Shown in pieces: positions 27,500 through 37,054 of a stretch of 64,000 bases of DNA. The stretch is from the IMG/VR virus record IMGVR_UViG_3300015607_004939. One strand, given 5' to 3'. A program made the position numbers and the translations under genes. The stretch comes from an uncultured virus (IMG/VR IMGVR_UViG_3300015607_004939) (taxonomy: Duplodnaviria > Heunggongvirae > Uroviricota > Caudoviricetes). A model generated the notes under the pieces. That model ran no database searches and was not told where the DNA came from. It saw only the letters and a list, made by a program, of their open reading frames with translations. Numbering within the stretch: position 1 is the first letter of the stretch; the number at the start of each line of letters is the position of its first letter.

Positions 27500-30280
27500 A
27501 TGACCAAGATCTACGACGAGCTGGTCGACTTCGAGCGCGGCGCCGACACGGGCCAGAACACCCGCGACTCCATCCAGCCCATCAAGCAGGAGCAGGCGTG
27601 GCCGGGCGCGGCGAGCCGACCCGACGAGAACCTGCGCGTGCGCACGGAGGTGCTCAAGCTCCTCCTGGAGACGAGCAACTACTTCATCGACGCGGACCGT
27701 GGCCTCGTCCTGCGCTCGGGCGCACCCTTCACCTTCACGCAACCCGAAGACGGGCGGTACGTGCTGTCGATCGCCCCCGGAGGTCAGCTCTGGGTGAGCA
27801 GTGCGCTATCCCCCGGCCAGTCGAGCGGGGGGCGCGACGGTGGCGGCAAGGTCTTCTGCGAAAACCCATCGGAGGGTGGCGCCTGGACGCCCTACGCAGG
27901 CACGCTCGGCACCGACGAGCTCACGCTGACCGCCTCACGCGCCACCACGGGTCAACGTGGCTACGCCGACTGCGACGACTTCGCGCAATCTCCGTCGGGG
28001 CTCTCCATCGGGGCCAACCGTATCCGCTTCTCACTCTCGGCGGACCCAACGCTCGCGGGTGGTACCGCGAACGTGCGCGCGGTGATCTCGGGCTCGCCGC
28101 GATCGAGGATCCACGTCACCTACGGCACCCTCGGCACGCCGACGACGCTCGGCCAGCTCATCGCGTTCATCAACAACGACCGCACCTCCCAGGGCTCCTT
28201 CGGCGTCGCCGACTTCCTCTACGCCTCGACCACGGGCGCGCTCACCAACCCCCCGGTCCCCTTCACGGGTGGGCGGGTGCAGGGCGCCTACGACGCCGAG
28301 ATGCACGCCGTGACCGACGAGCAGTTCAGCGCCTTCTTCGAGGCCACCGTCTCGGGGGAGTACGTCAACCGGCTGCGGGAGGGCGAGGGTCTCGCGATCG
28401 GGTATCCCCTGGGGCCCGTGCAGCGCGGCGTCCCCGCTCCGCGCGGCGGTCGCCGTCAGGCCCTGTGGGATCTGCCCACGAGCCGCAGCGGCGTCAGCAC
28501 CCCGAACGTCACACCCACCAACGGCTGGTCCCTCTTCGTCACGGGGCGCGAGCCCGAGAAGATCCCGGGCGCCGTGCCGATCGGCAAGGTGATCGACGGG
28601 GAGTTCGTGTTCATCGACGGCACGCGCCTGGGCGTCGGCGAAACGCTCACCCTGGGCGAGAGCCGCTCGATGTGGGCGGCGCTGGCGCTCCTCGGGGGCG
28701 GCGGGACCACCTCCGGCGCCGCGCGCATCGGCTACGAGGGCGGCGAGAGCTGGAACGCCGACGCAGCCTCCACGCTTCACGCGGCGATGCTGTCGGGCAC
28801 CGTGCGCGACGCGATCGACCAGATCGTGGACGACCTCGCCAACGAGGTGGACACCCAGTCGGGCTCCCGGCGCGTGGGCAGCGAGAACCTCACCGGCACC
28901 CCGTCGGTGGGCAACGAGGTGCGCCAGCTCTCGCTGCCCGCCGGGTCGATCCGAGAGCAGCTCCTGTACCTCCTGAACGGCAGCACGACCGGGGTCCTCC
29001 TGGGGATCAACGGTCGCGTCAGTGAGGCGGGGCATCGCCTCGTGGGGGCCGCGCCGCTGCGCAAGGAGTTCGGCTTCTCCGGCATGCCCGCAGCGGGCGC
29101 GGTGATGCTCCAGGCCGAGCTCCACGCGCCGACCAACCTCATGGCCTCCGTGGCCTCCGGCGTTCAGGAGTTCGCGAGCCTGAACCTCCAGCCCATCGTG
29201 TACGCCAACGCCGTTGACGCGGACGACTTCCTCACGGCCTCGAACTTCGTCACCTTCAGCGCAGCGACGGCGCTCCTGCTCACGGGCATGAGCAGTGCGC
29301 AGTTCACCAAGGTCTTCGCCAAGCTGCCCATTGCCCAGGAGGCGTTCGGCGGCAACGTGCTGCCCCTGCTCTTCGTGAAGCTCACCGGGCTCGCCGAGTG
29401 CGCCGACGCGGCGGACGGGATCTACACGATCTTCAGCCGCGACACCAGCACCCGCACCGTCGTGCTGCGGCGCCTGGACGGCTCCAGCCCGAACTTCACC
29501 GGCCTCACGGGCACCCCGACGATGACGTTCATGTCCTCGCTCGCCGTGGGCAACGACGTGCGCGGGACGCGGCTGCACGGCTTCGTGCACACCGACCTCA
29601 CGCAGAACACCCTCGGCGCCCCGGTCGCGGCCCTGGGCCTCTCCACCGAGGAGTCCCGCCTGCTGGAGTTGTGGCTGCCCAACGGCAACGCGGGCACGAT
29701 CTTCTTCACCCAGTACGCCGGTCGCGCCGAGTATCGCTCGCCCCGTCGCACGGTCGGCGGCTACGTCACACGCTCGACCGTGAACCTGCTGACGACCTCC
29801 GACAAGCAGCTCCTGGACGGTCAGGAGACGGGCGCCCCAGTGGACGCCTCGGCGAGCCACCACCACGGCGCCCTCTACGCGAGCTGGACCCGTCGCTCGC
29901 CCAACAACATCTCCAACTCCGTGTCCTCGCTCTCGGACACCGCGCCCGGCACCTCCTTCCCCACCACGGCTCCCTCCGGGTCGACCAACGTCGCTGCACT
30001 GATCTACTACGTGTTCACGATCAAGCCCGCCGCCGCCGGGGACGTGACCGTAGCGTTTCTGTTCATCGAGCCGACCAACCGCACCGTGCACTTCATCAAC
30101 GTGCAGTTCACCGCCGCCAGTACGAGCGACGAGCGCATCTTCCGTGGGCAGGTCACCACGCCCCTCACCACGAACAACTACTACGTGCAGAAGTCGCCCG
30201 CGCTCTTCCTCATCAACGTCGATCAGGCTCAGTCGAGCTACTCCTTCGACGTGCTGGCCATCCAGTCGGTCAAGAACTGA
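27500..30280 (+). CDS. Putative tail fibre / receptor-binding virion protein
   Basis: 926 aa, Thr/Ser/Gly-rich, last gene of tail operon; SGAARIG...TVRDAID fibre-shaft-like motif. Confidence 0.55.
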   Translation: MTKIYDELVDFERGADTGQNTRDSIQPIKQEQAWPGAASRPDENLRVRTEVLKLLLETSNYFIDADRGLVLRSGAPFTFTQPEDGRYVLSIAPGGQLWVSSALSPGQSSGGRDGGGKVFCENPSEGGAWTPYAGTLGTDELTLTASRATTGQRGYADCDDFAQSPSGLSIGANRIRFSLSADPTLAGGTANVRAVISGSPRSRIHVTYGTLGTPTTLGQLIAFINNDRTSQGSFGVADFLYASTTGALTNPPVPFTGGRVQGAYDAEMHAVTDEQFSAFFEATVSGEYVNRLREGEGLAIGYPLGPVQRGVPAPRGGRRQALWDLPTSRSGVSTPNVTPTNGWSLFVTGREPEKIPGAVPIGKVIDGEFVFIDGTRLGVGETLTLGESRSMWAALALLGGGGTTSGAARIGYEGGESWNADAASTLHAAMLSGTVRDAIDQIVDDLANEVDTQSGSRRVGSENLTGTPSVGNEVRQLSLPAGSIREQLLYLLNGSTTGVLLGINGRVSEAGHRLVGAAPLRKEFGFSGMPAAGAVMLQAELHAPTNLMASVASGVQEFASLNLQPIVYANAVDADDFLTASNFVTFSAATALLLTGMSSAQFTKVFAKLPIAQEAFGGNVLPLLFVKLTGLAECADAADGIYTIFSRDTSTRTVVLRRLDGSSPNFTGLTGTPTMTFMSSLAVGNDVRGTRLHGFVHTDLTQNTLGAPVAALGLSTEESRLLELWLPNGNAGTIFFTQYAGRAEYRSPRRTVGGYVTRSTVNLLTTSDKQLLDGQETGAPVDASASHHHGALYASWTRRSPNNISNSVSSLSDTAPGTSFPTTAPSGSTNVAALIYYVFTIKPAAAGDVTVAFLFIEPTNRTVHFINVQFTAASTSDERIFRGQVTTPLTTNNYYVQKSPALFLINVDQAQSSYSFDVLAIQSVKN

Positions 30281-30285
30281 CGGCC

Positions 30286-30322
30286 AAAGAAAAGGGCCCG
30301 GCGCTCCCCCGCGCCGGGCCCT
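30286..30322 (-). terminator. Intrinsic terminator between convergent fibre and nrdJ genes
   Basis: 12-bp perfect stem AGGGCCCGGCGC/GCGCCGGGCCCT (30293-30322), U-rich tail on minus strand. Confidence 0.8.
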
Positions 30323-30344
30323 CCGCTTCCCCCTTCTTTCGCCC

Positions 30345-33152
30345 TCAGCTACATCCGAGAGACTCCCCGCACTGCGGGCAGCGGTGGCAGGCGCCGTTGC
30401 GCTGCGTCAGCGTCCCGCACTTGGGGCAGAGCGGGGCGTCCGTGGGGACGTGCGCCGGGGCGTGGGCGGCCTCGGCGTACGCCTTCGGGTCGAGGACGGG
30501 CGGCGGGATCTCGCTCTCCTCCATCGCCTCGGGCTGGACGTGCTGGAGGTCCGCCCGCTTCAGGTACTTCACGCCGATCACGCGCATGGCGAGGTCGACG
30601 AGGCTGGTCGCGCGCTTGATGGTCGGGTGGTTCAGCACTTGACCGTTCGGCTCGAACTTCGTGTGCACGAAGGTCTCGACGTACTCGGCGAGCGGTACGC
30701 CGTACTGCACGCCGATCGAGACCGCCTTGGCCCACATGCCGTACAGGCCCCCCAGGGCCGAGCCCTCCTTGGCGATGTCGACGAAGAGCTCGCCGAAGCT
30801 GCCGTCCTCGTACTCGCCCGTCCGCAGGTAGAGCTTGTGGCCGTCGAGCTTCAGGGCGAAGGTCGAGCCGCGCCGCTCCTTGGGGAGCTTCTTCTGGCCG
30901 CTCTTGAAGGCCGGCGAGACCTCCTGGGGAGCGGCGGGAGGCACCGTCTTCGACTTCGACTGGAGGGCCGTCACCGGCTGGCTCTCCTTGGACCCGTCGC
31001 GGTAGATCGCGACGGCCTTCAGGCCCAGCTTCCAGCCCTGGTAGTAGGTCTCCATCACGTCCTCCACGGTGGAGTTGCGCGGCATGTTCACGGTCTTCGA
31101 GATCGCCCCCGAGAGGAACGGCTGCACGGCCGCCATCATCCTGAGGTGCGACATCACGGACAGGCACCGCCCGTCGGTGCCCGAGGGCAGGGCCGTGTCG
31201 AAGATGCCGAGGTGGTCGGCGTTGAGCCCAGACCCCGTGAACCCGCCCGTCTCGGTGACGTGGCGGACGATGGGGCCGATCTCCGTGTCGTCGTAGCCCA
31301 GCGCCCGGAGCGCCGGCTCGACGAGGCGGTTCACGAGCGTGACCATGCCGCCGCCCGCGAGGGTCTTGTACTGCACGTGCGCGAGGAGCGGCTCCACGCC
31401 CGTGGTCTCGCAGTCCATGAGGAACCCGATGGTCCCCGTCGGCGCGAGCACCGTGACCTGCGCGTTGCGCACGCCGTATCGGGAGGCGAGTGCGAATGCC
31501 TCGTCCCACACGCGGACCGACTCCTCCATGATCCGCCGGGCGAGCTGGCGGTCGGTGCTGAGGGGCCGCCGAGCCTCGGCGCCGTGCAGGGAGATGACGC
31601 GCAGGACGCCCTCCCGGTCGGCCGCGAACCCGTCGAAGGGGCCCATCTCCTTGGCGAGCAGGGCGCTCGTCTTGTACGCCTCGGCCGCCATGAGCGAGGT
31701 CACGGCCGCCGCGAAGGCGCGACCGTCGTCCGAGTCGTACGGCATGCCGAGGAGCGTCAGAACCGCCCCCAGGTCCGCGTAGCCGAGGCCGAGCTGCCGG
31801 AAGCGGTGGGCGCCCTCGGCGATCGACTTGGTGGGGTAGCTCCCGAGGTCGACGAGCGCGTCCATCGCGACGATGAAGGTGCGCACGGCGTCCTTGAAGC
31901 CGCCGAGGTTGAAGCCGCCGCCCACCGGGTCGACGAACTTCGTCAGGCGCAGCGAGGCGAGGTTGCACGCCGAGTCGTCGAGGTGCATGTACTCCGAGCA
32001 CGGGTTACTCGCGCGGATGGGGCCCGCGTTGGGCGTGGTGTGCCAGTGGTTGATGGTCGTGTCGTACTGCACGGCGGGGCACCCGCACTCCCACGCGGCC
32101 TCGGCGGCCTTGCGCCACAGCTCGTGCGCCTTGATGGTCTTGACCGTGCGGCCGTCGATGCGGGAGGTGAGGTCCCACGGCGCGTGGGCCTCCACGGCGC
32201 GCATGAAGTCGTCCGTCACGCGGATCGAGTTGTTGGCGTTCTGGCCCGAGACGGTGGTGTACGCCTCGCCGTCCATGCCGCCCGTGTAACCAGCCGCGAT
32301 GAGCGCCTGGGCCTTGCGCTCCTCGCGGAGCTTCCAGCCGACGAACGCCTCGACCTCCGGGTGGTTCACGTCCAGGCACACCATGCGCGCCGCGCGCCGG
32401 GTGGTGCCGCCGGACTTCGTGCCGCCCGCCGCCGCGTCCCCGGTGGGCAGGAAGCTCATGAGGCCCGACGAGGTGCCGCCCGAGTTGAGCGGGGCGTCCT
32501 TCTCGCGGATGCGGGAGTAGTTGGCGCCGGAGCCCGAGCCCTTCTTGAAGAGGCGCGCCTCCTTGGTCCAGAGGTCGAAGATGCCGTCCTCCTCGACGAG
32601 GTTGTCCTCCACGGTGTTGATGAAGCAGGCCGAGACCTGGGGCCGCGTGTAGGCGTCCGTGGTGCGCCGGTACTCGCCCGTCGCGCGGTCCCACGCCCAG
32701 TTGCCGCCCGAGCCCTGGATGCCGTACACGGGCCCCAGACGCACGTTGAACCAGACGGGGGAGTTGAAGGCGCCGTACTGGTGGATGAGGAGGTAACCCA
32801 GGTCGTCCTCGAAGCGCTCGCTGGCCGAGAGGTCGGGGAAGTAGCGCTGGTCGCGGGCCGAGAAGGCGATCGTCTTGGCCACCCCGAAGACCATGTCGAA
32901 CACGGAGGTTTCGTACTTGCCCCCGTCGCTCTTGGCGCCCTTCTTCACGAAGTACTTGGAGGCGGCCACGCGCACCGCGCGCTCGCTCCACGTCGCCGGG
33001 GCGTCGATGTTGTTCAGGCGGAAGACCTCCGAGCCGTCGGGGTTCTTGATGACCGCGTCGAAGGTCTTGTGCTCGAAGGGGGCGCGAAGCCGCTCCTCGG
33101 TCGCGAAGAGGATCGGCCATTCCTGGAGCGTCTGGTTCTGGTCGTCGTTCAT
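30345..33152 (-). CDS. nrdJ: Class II (adenosylcobalamin-dependent) ribonucleotide reductase
   Basis: FNSPVWFN, PQVSACFI, KSGGTTRRAA, SNPCSEY, CNLAS, APTGTI, SGAISKTVN, YRDGSK, TSCPD-like domain, C-terminal Zn ribbon. Confidence 0.95.
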   Translation of the reverse strand: MNDDQNQTLQEWPILFATEERLRAPFEHKTFDAVIKNPDGSEVFRLNNIDAPATWSERAVRVAASKYFVKKGAKSDGGKYETSVFDMVFGVAKTIAFSARDQRYFPDLSASERFEDDLGYLLIHQYGAFNSPVWFNVRLGPVYGIQGSGGNWAWDRATGEYRRTTDAYTRPQVSACFINTVEDNLVEEDGIFDLWTKEARLFKKGSGSGANYSRIREKDAPLNSGGTSSGLMSFLPTGDAAAGGTKSGGTTRRAARMVCLDVNHPEVEAFVGWKLREERKAQALIAAGYTGGMDGEAYTTVSGQNANNSIRVTDDFMRAVEAHAPWDLTSRIDGRTVKTIKAHELWRKAAEAAWECGCPAVQYDTTINHWHTTPNAGPIRASNPCSEYMHLDDSACNLASLRLTKFVDPVGGGFNLGGFKDAVRTFIVAMDALVDLGSYPTKSIAEGAHRFRQLGLGYADLGAVLTLLGMPYDSDDGRAFAAAVTSLMAAEAYKTSALLAKEMGPFDGFAADREGVLRVISLHGAEARRPLSTDRQLARRIMEESVRVWDEAFALASRYGVRNAQVTVLAPTGTIGFLMDCETTGVEPLLAHVQYKTLAGGGMVTLVNRLVEPALRALGYDDTEIGPIVRHVTETGGFTGSGLNADHLGIFDTALPSGTDGRCLSVMSHLRMMAAVQPFLSGAISKTVNMPRNSTVEDVMETYYQGWKLGLKAVAIYRDGSKESQPVTALQSKSKTVPPAAPQEVSPAFKSGQKKLPKERRGSTFALKLDGHKLYLRTGEYEDGSFGELFVDIAKEGSALGGLYGMWAKAVSIGVQYGVPLAEYVETFVHTKFEPNGQVLNHPTIKRATSLVDLAMRVIGVKYLKRADLQHVQPEAMEESEIPPPVLDPKAYAEAAHAPAHVPTDAPLCPKCGTLTQRNGACHRCPQCGESLGCS

Positions 33153-33159
33153 GTCGGTC

Positions 33160-33738
33160 CTACAAGTTGATGGGTCTGTCCTTGGGTCGGCTCCGGCCCT
33201 TCTTGCGGGTCTTCTCGACCATCGCCTTCTGGACCTCGGCCTGCGTCCGCGTCCCGGGCCTCACGCCCGAGCGCAAGTCGTGCGCGAGGAGCGCCATCGC
33301 CGCCGCGTCGGAGGCGTCGAAGTCGTCCTCGCCGAAAACGAAGCCCGTACGGCGTACGACGTACGCCTGCACCTGGGCCTTGGTGGCCGCGCCGTTGCCG
33401 GTGGCCCACTTCTTCAGGCGCGACGGCTCTATCACCTGGGGCTCCTCGCCGCTCGCCTCGTAGAGCCACAGTTTCAGCACGCCCGACGCCTCGCCCAGGT
33501 CGTACTCGCGGTGCTCGGAGCCGAGGCTCGGGCCCTCGATCACCGACCCCACGGGGCGGCCGTGGCGCCCGACGAACTCGCCGAGCGCGCGCCGGATGAG
33601 GGAGAGGCGGGCGGCGCCTCGCACCTTCCCCCCTATCGTAAGGGGCGCGGCGGCGAGCAACTCGCCGTCGAGCGAAACCACCGCAACCCCTGGGCTTCGG
33701 AGCCCGGTGTCGACCCCGACGTAAACGCCTATGTCCAC
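33160..33738 (-). CDS. ruvC: RuvC-like Holliday junction resolvase
   Basis: YVGVDTG, VIEG, LKKWATGNGAATKAQV, DASDAAAMA; start codon uncertain. Confidence 0.85.
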   Translation of the reverse strand: MDIGVYVGVDTGLRSPGVAVVSLDGELLAAAPLTIGGKVRGAARLSLIRRALGEFVGRHGRPVGSVIEGPSLGSEHREYDLGEASGVLKLWLYEASGEEPQVIEPSRLKKWATGNGAATKAQVQAYVVRRTGFVFGEDDFDASDAAAMALLAHDLRSGVRPGTRTQAEVQKAMVEKTRKKGRSRPKDRPINL

Positions 33739-34657
33739 CGTCACGCTACGAATCCAGCAGCACGGATACGTGAGGGCCACGGGCTATCAGGCGACCCAAT
33801 GGGCCGTCACGGAGCCCGTCGCGGTGCCCGCCGGTTCGACGCCGCGCGCGACGGACCCGTCGAGCTACGCGCCGATGTTCGTCGTCGACACGACCGGGCC
33901 GGTGGAGCTCCTGCGCCGGCTCGCGCGGTTGATCGACTTCACGGCGCTGCCGCGCGCCGAGCTGGCCGTCTTCGACGTTCGCGGCGACAACGCCGCCAAC
34001 CTCTTCAACAACGCGCTGCCCGGCGACAAGCTCTGGGTCTCGCCGACCCCGGCGCACTGGGTGCAAGACGAGGCGCCGTACGACGACGGCGTGTTCGTCA
34101 TCGACGCGGTGTTCAACCGCGCCCAGGGCATCAACCCGCAGGTCCTCCCTGGGCGCCTGCTCACGCTGCCGGGCTACCACTTCACCCCCGAGGACGTGGG
34201 GCGCTGGGTGCAGTTGGACGGGTTCACCACGGGATCCTACAACGGTTTCGCCCAGATCGTCAGCTACACGGGGAACGTCGCCCGGATCTCCAAGGCCACC
34301 ACCACGACCGAGACGGGCTCCACCTGGAACTTCCCGGCGCTGCGCCTGCGGCCCTCGGTGGGCGCCGGGCTGGAGCCGAAGTTCTTCCCGACGCGGGAGG
34401 TGAACCTGCCCTGGAAGCTCTACCGGGGGAACCCCTTCGCCACCTTCCCGATCGCCACGGGCACGGGCGGCGCGTCGATGCGCGAGCTCGCGGGAGACCT
34501 CGTGCGCTCCGTGCGGTTCACCGAGCTATCACCCTCGCTGGAGGACGCCAACGCCCTCTTCGAGTACGTGCGCGCGGCGCTCGGTCCCCTGCAAGATGTG
34601 GCGGCCGTGGACGGCGCGGAGTTCCAGGGCCTCGTGACGGTGACGGAGGGTCCGTGA
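33731..34657 (+). CDS. Hypothetical (virion?) protein, paralogue 1
   Basis: Genome-typical codon usage; coupled to the next gene. Confidence 0.65.
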   Translation: MSTVTLRIQQHGYVRATGYQATQWAVTEPVAVPAGSTPRATDPSSYAPMFVVDTTGPVELLRRLARLIDFTALPRAELAVFDVRGDNAANLFNNALPGDKLWVSPTPAHWVQDEAPYDDGVFVIDAVFNRAQGINPQVLPGRLLTLPGYHFTPEDVGRWVQLDGFTTGSYNGFAQIVSYTGNVARISKATTTTETGSTWNFPALRLRPSVGAGLEPKFFPTREVNLPWKLYRGNPFATFPIATGTGGASMRELAGDLVRSVRFTELSPSLEDANALFEYVRAALGPLQDVAAVDGAEFQGLVTVTEGP

Positions 34658-35034
34658 GCGAGTCGTCGTGGGTCCGGGTGGAGGAGCGGCGCACCGAGGA
34701 GTCGGGCGGCTACGGCGTGTCCTTCGAGGTCACCGTGTCGTACGGTGTACCGAAGGCGCTCTTCGTCTTCCGCTACGAGGACGACGCGTTCTCGCACGTG
34801 GCCACCGTCGACGACGTCGAGCGTTGGCCCGACAGCCGGGAGGCGGCCAGGGCTGGGGCGATGCGCTTCTACCGTGGCACCCTCGCCCGTCGCGTGCTCT
34901 CCACGCGCGAACGACTCGCGGCCCTCGTCGACCACGTGCGCCAGCGGCTGACGGAGGTGACCAACGCGTGGGACGGCACCTCCGTCCTGGCGGTGCCGGG
35001 CGAATCCGTGTACGTCCTGGGTGGAGACCCATGA
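34654..35034 (+). CDS. Hypothetical (virion?) protein, paralogue 2
   Basis: GTGA coupling, RBS GGAGG; VSESSWVRVEE...VLGGDP. Confidence 0.65.
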   Translation: MSESSWVRVEERRTEESGGYGVSFEVTVSYGVPKALFVFRYEDDAFSHVATVDDVERWPDSREAARAGAMRFYRGTLARRVLSTRERLAALVDHVRQRLTEVTNAWDGTSVLAVPGESVYVLGGDP

Positions 35035-36032
35035 GCACGACCCCACAGGTGTCGCAGTCCCGGCGGGGCGTCACGCTCGCCTCGGGCGCGCTCGCCTACG
35101 AGGTCACCACGACGGTGGTCGACCGGGGGGACCTGCCCACCAAGAACCTCTTCGTCCGCCGGATCGTGGACCCCGGGGACCCGAAGCGCGACGTGCTCGC
35201 GCGCGTGGTCGAGCCCTACGACCTGCGCCGGCTGTCCACAGCGCTCTACGTGAGGGTGCGGGAGGACTCGCTCGTCTACCTGGACGCGGACCCCTTCGCG
35301 CGCGTGGCCTCGACCGACGAACTGACGGAGCTGCCACAGGACCGCGCCGACGCGGTGCGCCGGAACCTCACGACGTACCTGAGCTCGTCGGTCGCCCTCA
35401 CCTACCCCTCGCTCGCCTCGGCCGACGCGGCCTACAAGCAGCTCCTCGGGCGCCTGTCCCAGCTCGTCACCGACTGGCGGTCGTTCAACGCGGCTTTCGA
35501 GACCCGACCGACGCAGCTCTACACCCTGCCGGTCTCGCCGCAGACCGTGGAGGACGAGCGGCGCGCCCTTTACGCAGCGGCGCTTGCCGCCCGCAAACGC
35601 GTCGAGGCCGACTTCGACGAGGCGAACCGAGCCGCCCTCGATTGCGAGGCCGACTGCGAGTCGGACCGAACGATCCACCAGATGCTGCTGGAGGACGTGA
35701 CGTTCCTCGAAGCCGCGCGGGCTCGCGTCCTCACGATCGGCGAGACCATCACGGGGGGCAGCGGCGGGACGCCGAGCCACAACGCGCAGGACTTCTGCGT
35801 ACAGGCGGGCTCCTACTCCACGGACGCGCTCTCCTACGAGGCGCTCCTTTCCGCCAAGCGCGCCAAGCTCGCCGACTACACCGCGCGTGTGCGCGCCTGC
35901 GAGACGCGCTGCGTCCAGCTCGGGCGCGCCCGGGACGCGGCGCAAGTCGTGCTATCACGGGCCCAGGACGCCGAGCGCAGGGCCGTCGCAGGCGTGCGCG
36001 ACGTCTGCCCGACCTTCACGCCTACGGAGTGA
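35031..36032 (+). CDS. Hypothetical (virion?) protein, paralogue 3, with C-terminal coiled coil
   Basis: ATGA coupling; MSTTPQVSQSRR... Confidence 0.65.
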   Translation: MSTTPQVSQSRRGVTLASGALAYEVTTTVVDRGDLPTKNLFVRRIVDPGDPKRDVLARVVEPYDLRRLSTALYVRVREDSLVYLDADPFARVASTDELTELPQDRADAVRRNLTTYLSSSVALTYPSLASADAAYKQLLGRLSQLVTDWRSFNAAFETRPTQLYTLPVSPQTVEDERRALYAAALAARKRVEADFDEANRAALDCEADCESDRTIHQMLLEDVTFLEAARARVLTIGETITGGSGGTPSHNAQDFCVQAGSYSTDALSYEALLSAKRAKLADYTARVRACETRCVQLGRARDAAQVVLSRAQDAERRAVAGVRDVCPTFTPTE

Positions 36033-36034
36033 CC

Positions 36035-37054
36035 ATGACCGACAACGCCATCGACCTCTACCACGACACCGCCCACGCCACCCTCGGCCGCCTGATTCAG
36101 TCCCACCCCGGCAGCACCGAGATGCTGAAGACGGCCGAGTTCGAGGACGACCCGTCCGCCATCCCCGACGGGGCTTTCGCCTGGGGGGCCGAGCGGATGT
36201 TCCCGGTGCACACCCCCGAGCACGCGATCGTGAGCGCGCTCTACGTGCGCGAGCAGCCCCAGGTCCCCTCGCACGTCCGGGCCAAGATCGCCGAGGCGCT
36301 GGAGGCGTACGGCGTACCCGAGGAGGTCATGCGGCCCCACGAAGTGAAGGTCGCGGCCGACCCGCAGGACTTCCTCTTCCCCGAGACGGGGACTTACCCC
36401 GTGCGCAGCCCCGAGGAGGTCAAGACCGCCGAGCAGCGTATGATGGAGGAGGCGTGGAAGCTCCCGCTGGAGGAGCGGGTCAAGGTGTTCAACAAGCTCG
36501 CGTCGGCCGCCGAGCGGCACGGCGTGACGCTCAAGCCGGTGGCGCAAGGGTGGGGCCTCGCGGCCTACTCGGCGCCCGAGAAGGTGTTGGAGGCCGTGAT
36601 CGGCCGCACGCAGATCGTGAAGTCGGCCGAGGACCGCGTGCCTTACGAGACGATCTCCGAGGTGATCCGCAAGGACCCCTTCTCGCTCAGGGACTACAAC
36701 GCGCGCGTGAAGCTCGCTTCGACCCTCATGACCCTCGACAAGAAGGCCGGGATCGAGGGCACCTGGAACCGGAAGGTACCCGACCCGATCCTCTCGGTCT
36801 TCAACCGCCCGGCCAAGGTGGGCGCGCGCATGGTGGTGCTGGGCTCCGAGAGCTACGCCATCGAGCAGCTCGCGGGCCTGCCGGCGAGCTTCTGGGCCGA
36901 CGCCGTGGGCCCGGAGATGGTGTCGGAGATCGCCCCCGGCGGTCAGGTGAACCCCGACACCCTCTCCGACATTCTGCCGACGCTGCCCGCGCCGATGTTG
37001 CAGAGCGTGGTGCGCAGCCTGCACGCGGCCGGGATCAAGCCGAGCGGAGTCTGA
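36035..37054 (+). CDS. Hypothetical protein rich in K-x-A motifs, with an internal duplication
   Basis: RBS GGAG; repeats FAW..ERMFPVHTPEH / FLF..TGTYPVRSPEE. Confidence 0.7.
   Translation: MTDNAIDLYHDTAHATLGRLIQSHPGSTEMLKTAEFEDDPSAIPDGAFAWGAERMFPVHTPEHAIVSALYVREQPQVPSHVRAKIAEALEAYGVPEEVMRPHEVKVAADPQDFLFPETGTYPVRSPEEVKTAEQRMMEEAWKLPLEERVKVFNKLASAAERHGVTLKPVAQGWGLAAYSAPEKVLEAVIGRTQIVKSAEDRVPYETISEVIRKDPFSLRDYNARVKLASTLMTLDKKAGIEGTWNRKVPDPILSVFNRPAKVGARMVVLGSESYAIEQLAGLPASFWADAVGPEMVSEIAPGGQVNPDTLSDILPTLPAPMLQSVVRSLHAAGIKPSGV

Noticed and set aside
7418..30280. Bacterial contractile injection system or tailocin instead of a phage
   Set aside because: Terminase, portal and complete phage-type replication and transcription genes are interleaved, and no host housekeeping context is present
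34740..34750. Near-matches to the palindrome (GTACGGTGTAC at 34740; GTACGCCGTCT at 59218; TACGCCGTG at 24329)
   Set aside because: They break the TACGNCGTA core, so they were not counted
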